Shown here one piece after another: positions 39,450-48,422 of a DNA stretch of 64,000 nt. Position 1 is the stretch's first letter. Each line of letters starts with the position of its first letter. The position numbers and the translations under genes are program-made. The notes below the pieces were generated by a model, which was not told the DNA's origin, made no database searches, and saw only the letters and a list, made by a program, of their open reading frames with translations. Origin of the DNA: an uncultured delta proteobacterium. Lineage in GTDB: Bacteria > Desulfobacterota > Desulfobacteria > Desulfobacterales > UBA2156. The stretch covers positions 32,001 to 96,000 of the forward strand of contig CAVTQK010000023.1 in the NCBI GenBank assembly GCA_963736855.1. Direction: 5' to 3'.

Positions 39450-40907
39450 ATGAAAACCAGATCGATTACCGGCATCAGTATCGTGATTCTTTTGCTCACG
39501 GTATTGTTCTTTACAGGCCGCTTCAGCCGGTCCGGGAAGGTGGACCAGTTTGCTCTTCGGATAGCACCGGTCCTGCCTCGGAGCTTCGACATCACCGTAA
39601 ACACCATAGGATTGCTGGACGCCGCAGATTCTCAGATGGTTTCTTCCACGGTGCGCGGCGACAAAGGAAAGATCATTCATATCGTGGAAGACGGCACCCG
39701 AGTCGCTAAAGAGGATGTGTTGATCCGTCTCGATCCAACACCCTTCGAAGAAGAGGTTCACCGGCTCAGTGGAGAGGTAAAAACTTTGGATGCGGCTGTG
39801 GACGCGACCCGGCAGATGCTTGAATGGGAAAAAAACCAGACGGAACGGGAGATCACAGCCACCGAGTTCGACCTGAAAGTGGCACAACTGGAACTGAAAA
39901 AACTCCAGGAAGGGGACGGACCGATTCAGTTGGCCCAATACCGGGAGGAAATGGAAAAGGCCAGGGAAGAATTCACCCGTTACCAGGCCTACATCTCAGA
40001 GTTGGAGGCCCTTGAGGCGGAAAAGAAAATGCAGATCGCCGAGGTCTCCCTCGCACGCGAAAAACTCATCGAACTCAAGGAAAAATTCAACAACACATCG
40101 TTGAAACTCGATAATTACCAGAAGCATGTTTTTCCGTCCCTGGTTGAGACAGCAAAAGCCAGAGTTCAGAAGACAGAGATGCTCCTCGAACAGACCAAGA
40201 AAGGGGCTGTTTATAAAATCGCAAAAGCGATCTCCTCCGTGAAGGAAGCCCAGGAGAGGCTGATGACGTCCCAAGGCGGTCTTGTTCGGGCACAAGAAGA
40301 ACTCGAAAAGACCGCTATCCGGGCGCCTATCTCCGGAATCGCCATCCTCCACGAAGCCTTCAGGGATGGACAAAACCGGAAACCGCGAGTTGGAGACAAG
40401 GTCTGGCAAAACCAGCCGCTTCTGTATTTGCCGGACATCTCCTCTATTATCATCAAAACTCAGGTCCGGGAGGTGGATCTTCACAAGATCGCCTTAAAAC
40501 AACCCTGTGCCGTAATCGTTGACGCTTATCCTCAGGAACGTTTAGAAGGAGAGGTTGCCTTTCTGGGGGTGTTGGCAACCGAGCGGATCGAAGGCGGCAG
40601 AGGAGAAAAATACTTCCAATTGATCATCTCCCTTAAAGGCGGGAATCCAGGACTTCGACCGGGCATGACGGCGCGTGTGACCATTTTCAATGACCACTGC
40701 GAGAATGCCCTGAGTATTCCTTTTGCCGCCCTGTTCGAGGAATCCGGTATTCCCTATTGCTATAAAAAGACCGGGAATGGTTTTAAAAAGGTCGATGTCA
40801 AATGCGGTCGAAAAAATGAGGAATGGGTGGAAATCCTGTCCGGATTGAACCCCGGCGATCAGATCGCCTTAAACCGGCCTCCTTCCGAAACGCTCGGGGG
40901 AAGATGA
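39450..40907 (+). CDS. MacA-like periplasmic adaptor (membrane fusion protein)
   Basis: N-terminal anchor, lipoyl halves (VEDG..V...DVL; IRAPISG), long coiled hairpin, LRPGMTA, GLNPGD. Confidence 0.88.
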   Translation: MKTRSITGISIVILLLTVLFFTGRFSRSGKVDQFALRIAPVLPRSFDITVNTIGLLDAADSQMVSSTVRGDKGKIIHIVEDGTRVAKEDVLIRLDPTPFEEEVHRLSGEVKTLDAAVDATRQMLEWEKNQTEREITATEFDLKVAQLELKKLQEGDGPIQLAQYREEMEKAREEFTRYQAYISELEALEAEKKMQIAEVSLAREKLIELKEKFNNTSLKLDNYQKHVFPSLVETAKARVQKTEMLLEQTKKGAVYKIAKAISSVKEAQERLMTSQGGLVRAQEELEKTAIRAPISGIAILHEAFRDGQNRKPRVGDKVWQNQPLLYLPDISSIIIKTQVREVDLHKIALKQPCAVIVDAYPQERLEGEVAFLGVLATERIEGGRGEKYFQLIISLKGGNPGLRPGMTARVTIFNDHCENALSIPFAALFEESGIPYCYKKTGNGFKKVDVKCGRKNEEWVEILSGLNPGDQIALNRPPSETLGGR

Positions 40908-40914
40908 CTCGCCT

Positions 40915-41589
40915 ATGCTTATTGAGGCAAAAGGACTTTTCAAAAACTATTCGGTGGGCAAATCTTCCATTGATGCTTTAAAAGGAGTCGATTTTTTAGC
41001 AGATATAGGAGAGTTCGTGGCCGTCATGGGTCCCTCAGGCTCCGGAAAGTCCACGCTGCTTTATATCTTGGGCTGCCTGGAGCTTCCCTCATCCGGTTTT
41101 TATCGATTTTCCGGCACAAACATTCTGAGCGCATCGGATAACGCTCTTTCCCACATCCGGGCCAATCAGATCGGATTTGTCTTTCAGACGTTCAATCTCG
41201 TTTCCACGCTTTCGGTATATGAAAACGTCGAACTCCCCTTTCATTATTCCAGCAGGCCGGCAAAGGAAAAGAATCAACGAGTGAGGGAAGCCATCGAGCG
41301 GGTGGGTCTGCATAAGAGGATCCGGCACCGGCCCTCGGAGCTTTCCGGGGGCGAAATGCAGCGAGTGGCCATCGCCAGGGCCCTTGCCGTCAAGCCCCGG
41401 TTGATCTTGGCCGATGAACCCACAGGAAACCTGGATTCCAATACAGGAAAGGAAATCCTATCCCTTTTTACTGAAATGCATGGTGAGGGCGCGACCATCG
41501 TGATGGTAACACACGATGCAGACGTCGCCTGTTATGCCCGTCGGATCATCTCCTTAAAGGACGGGAAAATTGACACCACTTCTATTTAA
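40915..41589 (+). CDS. ABC transporter ATP-binding subunit (LolD/MacB-type)
   Basis: GPSGSGKST, LSGGEMQRVAIARA, LADEPTGNLD, VTHD. Confidence 0.95.
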   Translation: MLIEAKGLFKNYSVGKSSIDALKGVDFLADIGEFVAVMGPSGSGKSTLLYILGCLELPSSGFYRFSGTNILSASDNALSHIRANQIGFVFQTFNLVSTLSVYENVELPFHYSSRPAKEKNQRVREAIERVGLHKRIRHRPSELSGGEMQRVAIARALAVKPRLILADEPTGNLDSNTGKEILSLFTEMHGEGATIVMVTHDADVACYARRIISLKDGKIDTTSI

Positions 41590-42859
41590 GCTTCAAAAAA
41601 CTGTCGTTATCGCATTCCGTTGCCTTTGGCAGCAGAAGCTGCGTTCGGCCCTGAGTATTCTGGGGGTCATTTGCGGCGTCATCACGGTTTTGGTCATGTT
41701 GGGAGCAGGTGAGGGTGCCAAACAAAAGATTTTAACCCAGATTGAACGCCTCGGAACGCAAAATATTTATCTCCAGGCCGTTTCGTTGAACAGCGAGCAG
41801 ACGGAAAGGGCTGCGGAACACCGTTCCAGCGGCCTGAGAATGTCGGATGTGTTGGGAATCCAGAAGGCCTGCCAGGAAGCGATTCGGGCCGCCGGCCTGA
41901 AGGAGATTAAGGCCGGCATCTTCGGCGCATCCATAGAGCTTTCCCCCCAGATTGTTGCAATATCGGAAAGCTATGATGAGATCCTGAATCTCAGAATACA
42001 TACCGGGCGCTTTTTAACCCACGTTGATGTCGATCAGCGAAACCTGGTCTGCGTACTGGGAGACGACATTTCCAAAAGGCTAGGGACGGAAGGAACCCCG
42101 GGTCAACTCATTCGCATCCAAAACCATCTGTTCCGCGTAGTCGGTATCCTGACCGGCGTTGATCCTGTTTCAGAAGAAAACTCGGCCATCGCGATTCGAA
42201 ATTTCAACAATATGGTTTTCATCCCGATCGGAACCGAGACATTCATCGAAATACCCGGACGCGGACCGGTCGACCTTGGAACATCTTTTACCATTCAGGG
42301 CGAAAAAGGCAGCGCACTGAGCGAAATTATTGTCCAGATGCAACATGCAGATATCGTTCCGCAAGCAGCCCAACTCATCAAACGGATCGTGGATGTGCTT
42401 CATAACAAAGCCGAGGACTTCCAGATGGTCGTTCCGCTGGAGCTTCTCAAACAATCTCAGCAAACTCAGAAGACCCTGAATATCCTGCTGGCTGCTATTG
42501 CCAGCGTGTCTTTGATCATCGGCGGTATCGGAATTATGAATATCATGCTCGCCACTGTCTCCGAACGGACCCGCGAAATCGGAATCCGCCGCGCTTTAGG
42601 GGCAACCCGGCTGGATATTATCATCCAATTTATGACCGAAGCAGTGATCCTGACTCTGTCCGGCGGAACCATTGGAATAATCTTCGGAACAGTGGGCGTT
42701 CGGTTTGCAGCAGGGATCGGAAATTGGCACATCGTTATTACACCCTGGGCGTTCGCACTGCCACTGATAATGGCCGCTCTTGTGGGCCTTTTCTTTGGCC
42801 TTTATCCGGCCTATCGCGCCGCTAGAATGAATCCCGTGAAAGCCTTCAGGCATGAATAG
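41570..42859 (+). CDS. MacB-type ABC permease (FtsX/MacB_PCD)
   Basis: LRSALSILG..., large periplasmic domain, GGIGIMNIMLATVSERTREIGIRRALGA, GLYPAYRAARMNP. Confidence 0.93.
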   Translation: MTPLLFKLQKTVVIAFRCLWQQKLRSALSILGVICGVITVLVMLGAGEGAKQKILTQIERLGTQNIYLQAVSLNSEQTERAAEHRSSGLRMSDVLGIQKACQEAIRAAGLKEIKAGIFGASIELSPQIVAISESYDEILNLRIHTGRFLTHVDVDQRNLVCVLGDDISKRLGTEGTPGQLIRIQNHLFRVVGILTGVDPVSEENSAIAIRNFNNMVFIPIGTETFIEIPGRGPVDLGTSFTIQGEKGSALSEIIVQMQHADIVPQAAQLIKRIVDVLHNKAEDFQMVVPLELLKQSQQTQKTLNILLAAIASVSLIIGGIGIMNIMLATVSERTREIGIRRALGATRLDIIIQFMTEAVILTLSGGTIGIIFGTVGVRFAAGIGNWHIVITPWAFALPLIMAALVGLFFGLYPAYRAARMNPVKAFRHE

Positions 42860-43104
42860 GTTGTTGCTCCCTTTGAAGGCCGGGAAAACGCTTGGATTTC
42901 GAAAAAACCTGGGCTCATTTCCGGAACTTAACAAAGCTTGAGGTTTGGAAAACGTTTTTCCACATTGCCACCGGTTGATATTTTTAAAAAAATCCGATCT
43001 GATTCGATGTTGCATTGAATTTAAAAAATGGTTATGCATCAATTGACTCACCTTTTGGATTCTCGGTTCATTTTGCTCATAACTCCCAACGATCTGTTTA
43101 AATC

Positions 43105-44691
43105 ATGATGAATGCAGGGACCAAACCAAAGACAAAACATCCCACATTTTTTCCATATATCCAAACGGGGAGAAGCGGTATCCGAATCGATTTCTTTCCC
43201 AAGAGCGGGTCACCGAATGAAAAAAAACCTGCCTTCCCTTTTGAAACCCTGGATCATTCGGATCCACTAGCGCACATGGTCAAAGCCCACCTGGTCACCG
43301 ATGCCGGCAGTGAAATCGAACATCTTTTGATATTGCTTCAAAGAGATCAGGTACAACCTGGAGAAAATCTATCTATGCCGGCCACCAATCCGGCCATTGA
43401 ACTATGCTGGCAACGGGCATTCAGCAATTTTTCCAAGAAGGAGGCATTTGAGGGCTCCTTGATTCAATTGGGCGGTCAGTTGACGAGTGACGGCCAACTG
43501 CAACCTTTTCAGCCATTACTTTGCTGCTCTTTAAAAGAACAATTCTTTCCTCCGCCTTGTCCCATCTGCGGCGGTTTGCTCGATCTTTGCCGTGCCGACG
43601 ATATGCTTGCTTCCGCCGGCCTGCATTCTTATTCCAATTCACTTAGGCGCTATCTTTTCTGCCCTACCTGCTACGAATTATCAGGTGAAACAGACTTTTA
43701 CACCAGCCTGTCCGATCATCAAGACGGAGACCATGCAAAAAGCTATTTGCAATTAATCCGTGAGTTTAAAAAACTTGCCTTCTCAACCAGTCAGATACAC
43801 CTGTTTCCATGTCGTAATTGCCCGGAGGCTATGGATTGTTTTGAACCCAACGGACCTGTGTCTATCCGTATTTCAACGTTTGCATTTTACCCTTTCCACG
43901 TGCTTATATTTAAGTCCACTTCGGTGGATACGAATAGCCTATTCCTTTTATCAGCTGCTGAAAATGATTTTGCCTCATCGATGAAAGTGGTCGAGGATCC
44001 GCCCGGGCCGGATCAAAACCAATCGATCATGATGATTCTGAAGCGACTTATTACTCAATGGCAACCGGAAGCCGCCGAAGTTATCGAAAAAAAACTGTGC
44101 GTCGATTCCGCTGAAAAACCATCCCGGACGAGGCCACCCGATCCATCAAACGATCAGGCTGCCCATTTGCTAGAGCATAGTGGAAAACCGGATTTGGAAG
44201 AAACAATGATCGCCCACGCCAATAAGGATCGATCATTATCCGCCTCTAAAATTAATATGGCAATGAATCCGGATAATTCCGAAACATTTTTCGTAGGATC
44301 CAAACAAGCGATCAAACCAGATATGAATCAACCGGCAGAGAGTACAGATGGAAAGAACCATTCGTTTCCCTCAATACCTGATGCCATGAAACGGAATGAT
44401 ACGAAACAAGAAAATTTAAATATCATCCCTGAAACCATGATTATCCGGCCATCCGAATCCGCATTGCTCAAATCTCGAAGCACCCATCCAGCGCAAAACA
44501 TCAAAACCCGATTGCCAAAGAAATCAAAGAGTGACCTGCTGAACGATGCGGACCTACTCATTAAAAATGTTAAGGAACTCGACAATCTTCCGGATCAGGG
44601 CGAAGCTTTTCTAGGACTTTCAGACTTGGCATGGATCAGGTCGATCAGGTATTTGTGGGGGAAAAAAGCCTCCCTTCGGCAACCCCCATGA
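43105..44691 (+). CDS. Cys-rich (putative Zn-binding) hypothetical protein with a disordered C-terminal tail, T6SS-adjacent
   Basis: CC, CPIC, C, CPTC and CRNC-x5-C motifs in the first ~270 aa; low-complexity tail with repeated ET(M/F)(I/F) motifs. Confidence 0.7.
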   Translation: MMNAGTKPKTKHPTFFPYIQTGRSGIRIDFFPKSGSPNEKKPAFPFETLDHSDPLAHMVKAHLVTDAGSEIEHLLILLQRDQVQPGENLSMPATNPAIELCWQRAFSNFSKKEAFEGSLIQLGGQLTSDGQLQPFQPLLCCSLKEQFFPPPCPICGGLLDLCRADDMLASAGLHSYSNSLRRYLFCPTCYELSGETDFYTSLSDHQDGDHAKSYLQLIREFKKLAFSTSQIHLFPCRNCPEAMDCFEPNGPVSIRISTFAFYPFHVLIFKSTSVDTNSLFLLSAAENDFASSMKVVEDPPGPDQNQSIMMILKRLITQWQPEAAEVIEKKLCVDSAEKPSRTRPPDPSNDQAAHLLEHSGKPDLEETMIAHANKDRSLSASKINMAMNPDNSETFFVGSKQAIKPDMNQPAESTDGKNHSFPSIPDAMKRNDTKQENLNIIPETMIIRPSESALLKSRSTHPAQNIKTRLPKKSKSDLLNDADLLIKNVKELDNLPDQGEAFLGLSDLAWIRSIRYLWGKKASLRQPP

Positions 44692-45512
44692 AAATTCAGG
44701 AGTTATCCAAGCTCAGTGGTGAAAATCAACTGGATAAAACCATTAACGTTCAGCCGAAAAAGGCTGAAAACGAAAAAAATGGGGCTCCGGCAAAGGTGTC
44801 ACCGTTAAAATTGATCGCGGAAATCAAAGAAATCTATTCGGGCAATCCCCTCGATGCAGAATCACGGATTCAAATTCATCTTAGGGATCGACTCGGTTCC
44901 GTATCTCAGGCCGATCGGATCAACATGCTGCAACAAATTGCGGAGCGATTGAATGAAAAGGCTAAGGTAGAGACGTCGGAACCCGAAATTCAACAGAACA
45001 TTATGGCCTCCCTGTTTACATTGCTTCTTGGAAAAAAGGCTTCCCTCACGGACCTTAAATCGGAAGAGCAACTGGAAACTCTGGCCCAGGCTTTAAATAC
45101 GATTTTTGATACGCTCAACAAGCTCATCGATGTCATCAACAGGACCCTTGTGGGTACTTCATCACAACAAGAAACCATCCGAGGTCTTATTGGCAAAAGC
45201 CTGTCGAACCAATCAGCGAATGTTTCCCTGGTTGAATATTTGGGACAGATCGAGCAAGCTTTTCTGCTGTCTCAAAAAGCTTTGAAGGAGGCTGCCCGAA
45301 CCACCGTGGAAGATATTTTGTCCGAGCTTGATCCTAACCGCATCGAAGCGGAAAGTCGGAAAGGCTGGTTCGGTCCATTTCGGAAAGCGGACATTCTCGG
45401 CATTTTTAAAGAAAAACACCAGCGCTGCCGCCATTGGCACGAATCGGGCCGTTTTGAGGAAAGACTGCTCAGAGAATTTGAAAAAAGCTGTTCCAAGCAT
45501 TTTCGGTCCTGA
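44688..45512 (+). CDS. TagH/Fha C-terminal-domain-like protein lacking an FHA domain
   Basis: C-terminal ALKEAARTTVEDILSELDPNRIE...GWFGPFRKA...F..RLLREFEK resembles the TagH (Fha1) C-domain; ATGA overlap with the upstream stop (alternative start 44631, or a frameshifted continuation). Confidence 0.6.
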   Translation: MKIQELSKLSGENQLDKTINVQPKKAENEKNGAPAKVSPLKLIAEIKEIYSGNPLDAESRIQIHLRDRLGSVSQADRINMLQQIAERLNEKAKVETSEPEIQQNIMASLFTLLLGKKASLTDLKSEEQLETLAQALNTIFDTLNKLIDVINRTLVGTSSQQETIRGLIGKSLSNQSANVSLVEYLGQIEQAFLLSQKALKEAARTTVEDILSELDPNRIEAESRKGWFGPFRKADILGIFKEKHQRCRHWHESGRFEERLLREFEKSCSKHFRS

Positions 45513-45795
45513 TTGACTTATATTATGTTTTTTGTATATATTGAAGTTCGTATGGTACATATTTCAAATCTAATGAAAAATAGCCTTTTTTCAGCTGGTT
45601 GCTGAAGCTGAGAAACAAGGAAATCACCAACGCCGAAATGCCAAACAAAAGGCTCAGGCATAACCTTTCCGACAAATAATTTTAAAAGATAAAGGCAACC
45701 GCCGGATCTATAATCAGCGTCATTGAGACATGACATAGTCACACCATTTTATGAGAGGGCGTTTATTCCATCATCTATAATGAAGGAGGACCCCA

Positions 45796-46350
45796 TTGAA
45801 AAAAGGTGCCCATCTCTATTGTATGGTATTTATCCTGGTTTCAATCGTTTCTTGCGCTCACCAAGCACCGCCAGTTCCCCAATGGAATTATGAGCGGGAA
45901 GCGATCCACTTGCGGATCAATGCGGACGCCAATTTAAACCTGCACGAAGGCAAGCCTCACACACTGATGATCTGTATCTATCAGCTCGTTCGAAAAACCG
46001 CCTTTAATTCTCTGGCCGAGGAGATAGACGGTCGCTATAAGTTACTTGAGTGCCAACCTTTTGATGCGACGGTAGCTGGTACCAAACAGCTGATTATCCA
46101 CCCGGGTGATAACTTAAATTTATTGTTGGATCGTCTAGAAGGGGCCAGACATCTGGCCATTGTGGCCGGTTATTATCTACTGGAGAAAAAACGTATTATC
46201 CGCGTTGTGGATTTTCCGGTGGTTACCGAAAAACAAGGATTTATGGGAAGCACAGCAACCGCTCGGGTCGATAAGCTGAATCTGGAGGTGGTTTTCGGTG
46301 ACCAGCAAATCAACGAGATTCAAGCGAAACCCTCTAAAGGAGCACAATAG
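45796..46350 (+). CDS. tssJ: T6SS outer-membrane lipoprotein TssJ
   Basis: Lipobox IVS|C, ADANLN...CIYQL...F...HPG...AIVAGY; AAGGAGG RBS; first gene of tssJKLM. Confidence 0.88.
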   Translation: MKKGAHLYCMVFILVSIVSCAHQAPPVPQWNYEREAIHLRINADANLNLHEGKPHTLMICIYQLVRKTAFNSLAEEIDGRYKLLECQPFDATVAGTKQLIIHPGDNLNLLLDRLEGARHLAIVAGYYLLEKKRIIRVVDFPVVTEKQGFMGSTATARVDKLNLEVVFGDQQINEIQAKPSKGAQ

Positions 46351-46353
46351 GTT

Positions 46354-47739
46354 ATGGACAGACCGGTCTTCTGGCATGAAGGACTCTTTCTTCAGCCTCA
46401 GCACCTCCAGTTGGAACATCAATTTTTCCGCTCCCTGTTTGCACCATTTTATCAATTCGTCACACCCCATTTCTGGGGAATCGGTACGATACAAATCGCC
46501 GAAGCTGGGCTGGGTAACTTCTTATTTGACCTTTCCGCTTGCGAATTGGTTCTTCCGGATAACACCCACTTGGTCTACCCGGGAAATGCACTTTTTGAAT
46601 CCAGATCCTTCGAGGACGCCTGGATCGATGGTGGAAAGCCGTTTACCGTTTATCTGGGGTTAAGAAAGCTGGATCGGTCCGGGGAGAATGTTACGGTCCT
46701 TTCCAACTTGGATAATATCTCCGATATCGTCAGCCGCTACGTCACCGCAACAGACCCTGAAGAGATTCGAAGCATATATGAAGATGGACCACCGGGCAAT
46801 GTTAGACGTCTTTATTACGTATTGAAGATTTTCTGGGAAACGGAAATGGATCAGGCCGATGACTATGTCACAGTGCCGGTAGCAAAATTGGTCCGAACCG
46901 GCGATAGCATCGGTTTATCCAAGGTCTACGCCCCACCCTCCCTAGTTCTGTCCGCAACACCGGCACTGGAGAAATTGATCAAGGAAGTTCGCGATCAAAT
47001 CGCAGCACGTGGCCGCCAGCTCGAGGCATACAAAAGGGAGCGGGGTATACACACAGCGGAATTCAGCGCCCGGGACATGGTCTATCTCCTGGCATTGCGA
47101 ACGCTTAACCGCTATGCTCCGTTTCTTTTTCATATCACGGACACACCCCGCGTCCATCCATGGGCGGTTTACGGCCTGTTGCGCCAGGTGATCGGCGAAT
47201 TATCGGCGTTTTCCGAACAGGTCAGCGCTATGGGCGAAATGGCCGACGGTTCCTATCAGGTACCTGCGTATGACCATCGCCGCCTTTGGGAATGTTTTTC
47301 GGCGGCCCGATCGGTGATTATCCGGCTTCTGGATGAAATCACCGCCGGACCTGAATATGTGATCCAACTTATTTCCGATGGAACATACTATGCAGCCGAT
47401 CTCACCCCCCAGATATTTGAAGGAAGGAACCATTTTTATCTTGTCCTGGATACCGATACGCCGCAAGATGCTCTGCTGAAGTCTTTAGCGACCACCGGGA
47501 AACTCAGTGCAAAGGAATCGCTTCCCATACTGATTGCCCGGGCGCTGCCGGGAATTCAACTAACCCACTTACCCGACCCGCCTCAGGAGCTGCCCCGCCG
47601 GTCTCGGGCCACATACCTAAAAATCGATACCCATAATGATCAATGGCAAAAGGTCCTTAAATTTAACAATATCGCAATGTTCTGGGATACCGCTCCGAAC
47701 GATTTAAAGATCGAGTTGATGGTTTCAGGGAGAGACTGA
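46354..47739 (+). CDS. tssK: T6SS baseplate subunit TssK
   Basis: VFWHEGLFLQPQHLQ, YAPP, YDH, ALPGIQL..LP.PP..LP motifs. Confidence 0.95.
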   Translation: MDRPVFWHEGLFLQPQHLQLEHQFFRSLFAPFYQFVTPHFWGIGTIQIAEAGLGNFLFDLSACELVLPDNTHLVYPGNALFESRSFEDAWIDGGKPFTVYLGLRKLDRSGENVTVLSNLDNISDIVSRYVTATDPEEIRSIYEDGPPGNVRRLYYVLKIFWETEMDQADDYVTVPVAKLVRTGDSIGLSKVYAPPSLVLSATPALEKLIKEVRDQIAARGRQLEAYKRERGIHTAEFSARDMVYLLALRTLNRYAPFLFHITDTPRVHPWAVYGLLRQVIGELSAFSEQVSAMGEMADGSYQVPAYDHRRLWECFSAARSVIIRLLDEITAGPEYVIQLISDGTYYAADLTPQIFEGRNHFYLVLDTDTPQDALLKSLATTGKLSAKESLPILIARALPGIQLTHLPDPPQELPRRSRATYLKIDTHNDQWQKVLKFNNIAMFWDTAPNDLKIELMVSGRD

Positions 47740-47741
47740 TC

Positions 47742-48413
47742 ATGCGTTTGATGGACAGTTTTATCGAGCTGGTGGCCTATGTCGTTTACTTTAAAAAGGC
47801 GGTCGGGGAGCGTCAACCGCCTTACGATCAGGTAAAAAGGGATATTGAACGGTTTATCTCAGTAAGCCAAAACAGGGCTATCCAAAGTTCGGCATCGTCG
47901 GATGACTACGATCAGGCCCGGTTTGCCGTCTTTGCCTGGGTGGACGAGGTAATATTAAGTTCGAACTGGTCCCAAAAAAATCGTTGGCAGGGAGAACAGC
48001 TGCAGCGAATCTATTTTCAGACCACCGATGCGGGTGAACTTTTTTTCAAACGTTTAAACGACCTCGGCCCCCATCAGCGGGATGTTCGGGAAGTATATTA
48101 TATTTGTCTGGCCCTGGGATTTATGGGGCGTTATTGTCATGATGGAGATGAGTATTTACTCGATCAACTCCGAACATCGAATTTGAAACTTTTAACCGGC
48201 AGCGCCGTGGGTCCGCCGTCTGTCAGCGGTACGATTCTATTTTCAGGGGCTTATCCCACCACGACCGAAACGCCGATGGTTTCAGGAAAAAACCTCAGTC
48301 TGTTTTCCGCCTTTACTCTTTTTTGTATCGCTTTTCCGGTGATTCTCTTCGGCGCCCTTTTCTTGATCTATCGATTCATTTTAAACAACATAAGCCAAGG
48401 ATTTCTTTTATAG
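47742..48413 (+). CDS. tssL: T6SS inner-membrane protein TssL (DotU), no OmpA domain
   Basis: FAWVDE, LQ..YF....AGELFF..L, EVYYICLALGFMGRY; C-terminal TM. Confidence 0.93.
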   Translation: MRLMDSFIELVAYVVYFKKAVGERQPPYDQVKRDIERFISVSQNRAIQSSASSDDYDQARFAVFAWVDEVILSSNWSQKNRWQGEQLQRIYFQTTDAGELFFKRLNDLGPHQRDVREVYYICLALGFMGRYCHDGDEYLLDQLRTSNLKLLTGSAVGPPSVSGTILFSGAYPTTTETPMVSGKNLSLFSAFTLFCIAFPVILFGALFLIYRFILNNISQGFLL

Positions 48414-48422
48414 GTTCCTGAG

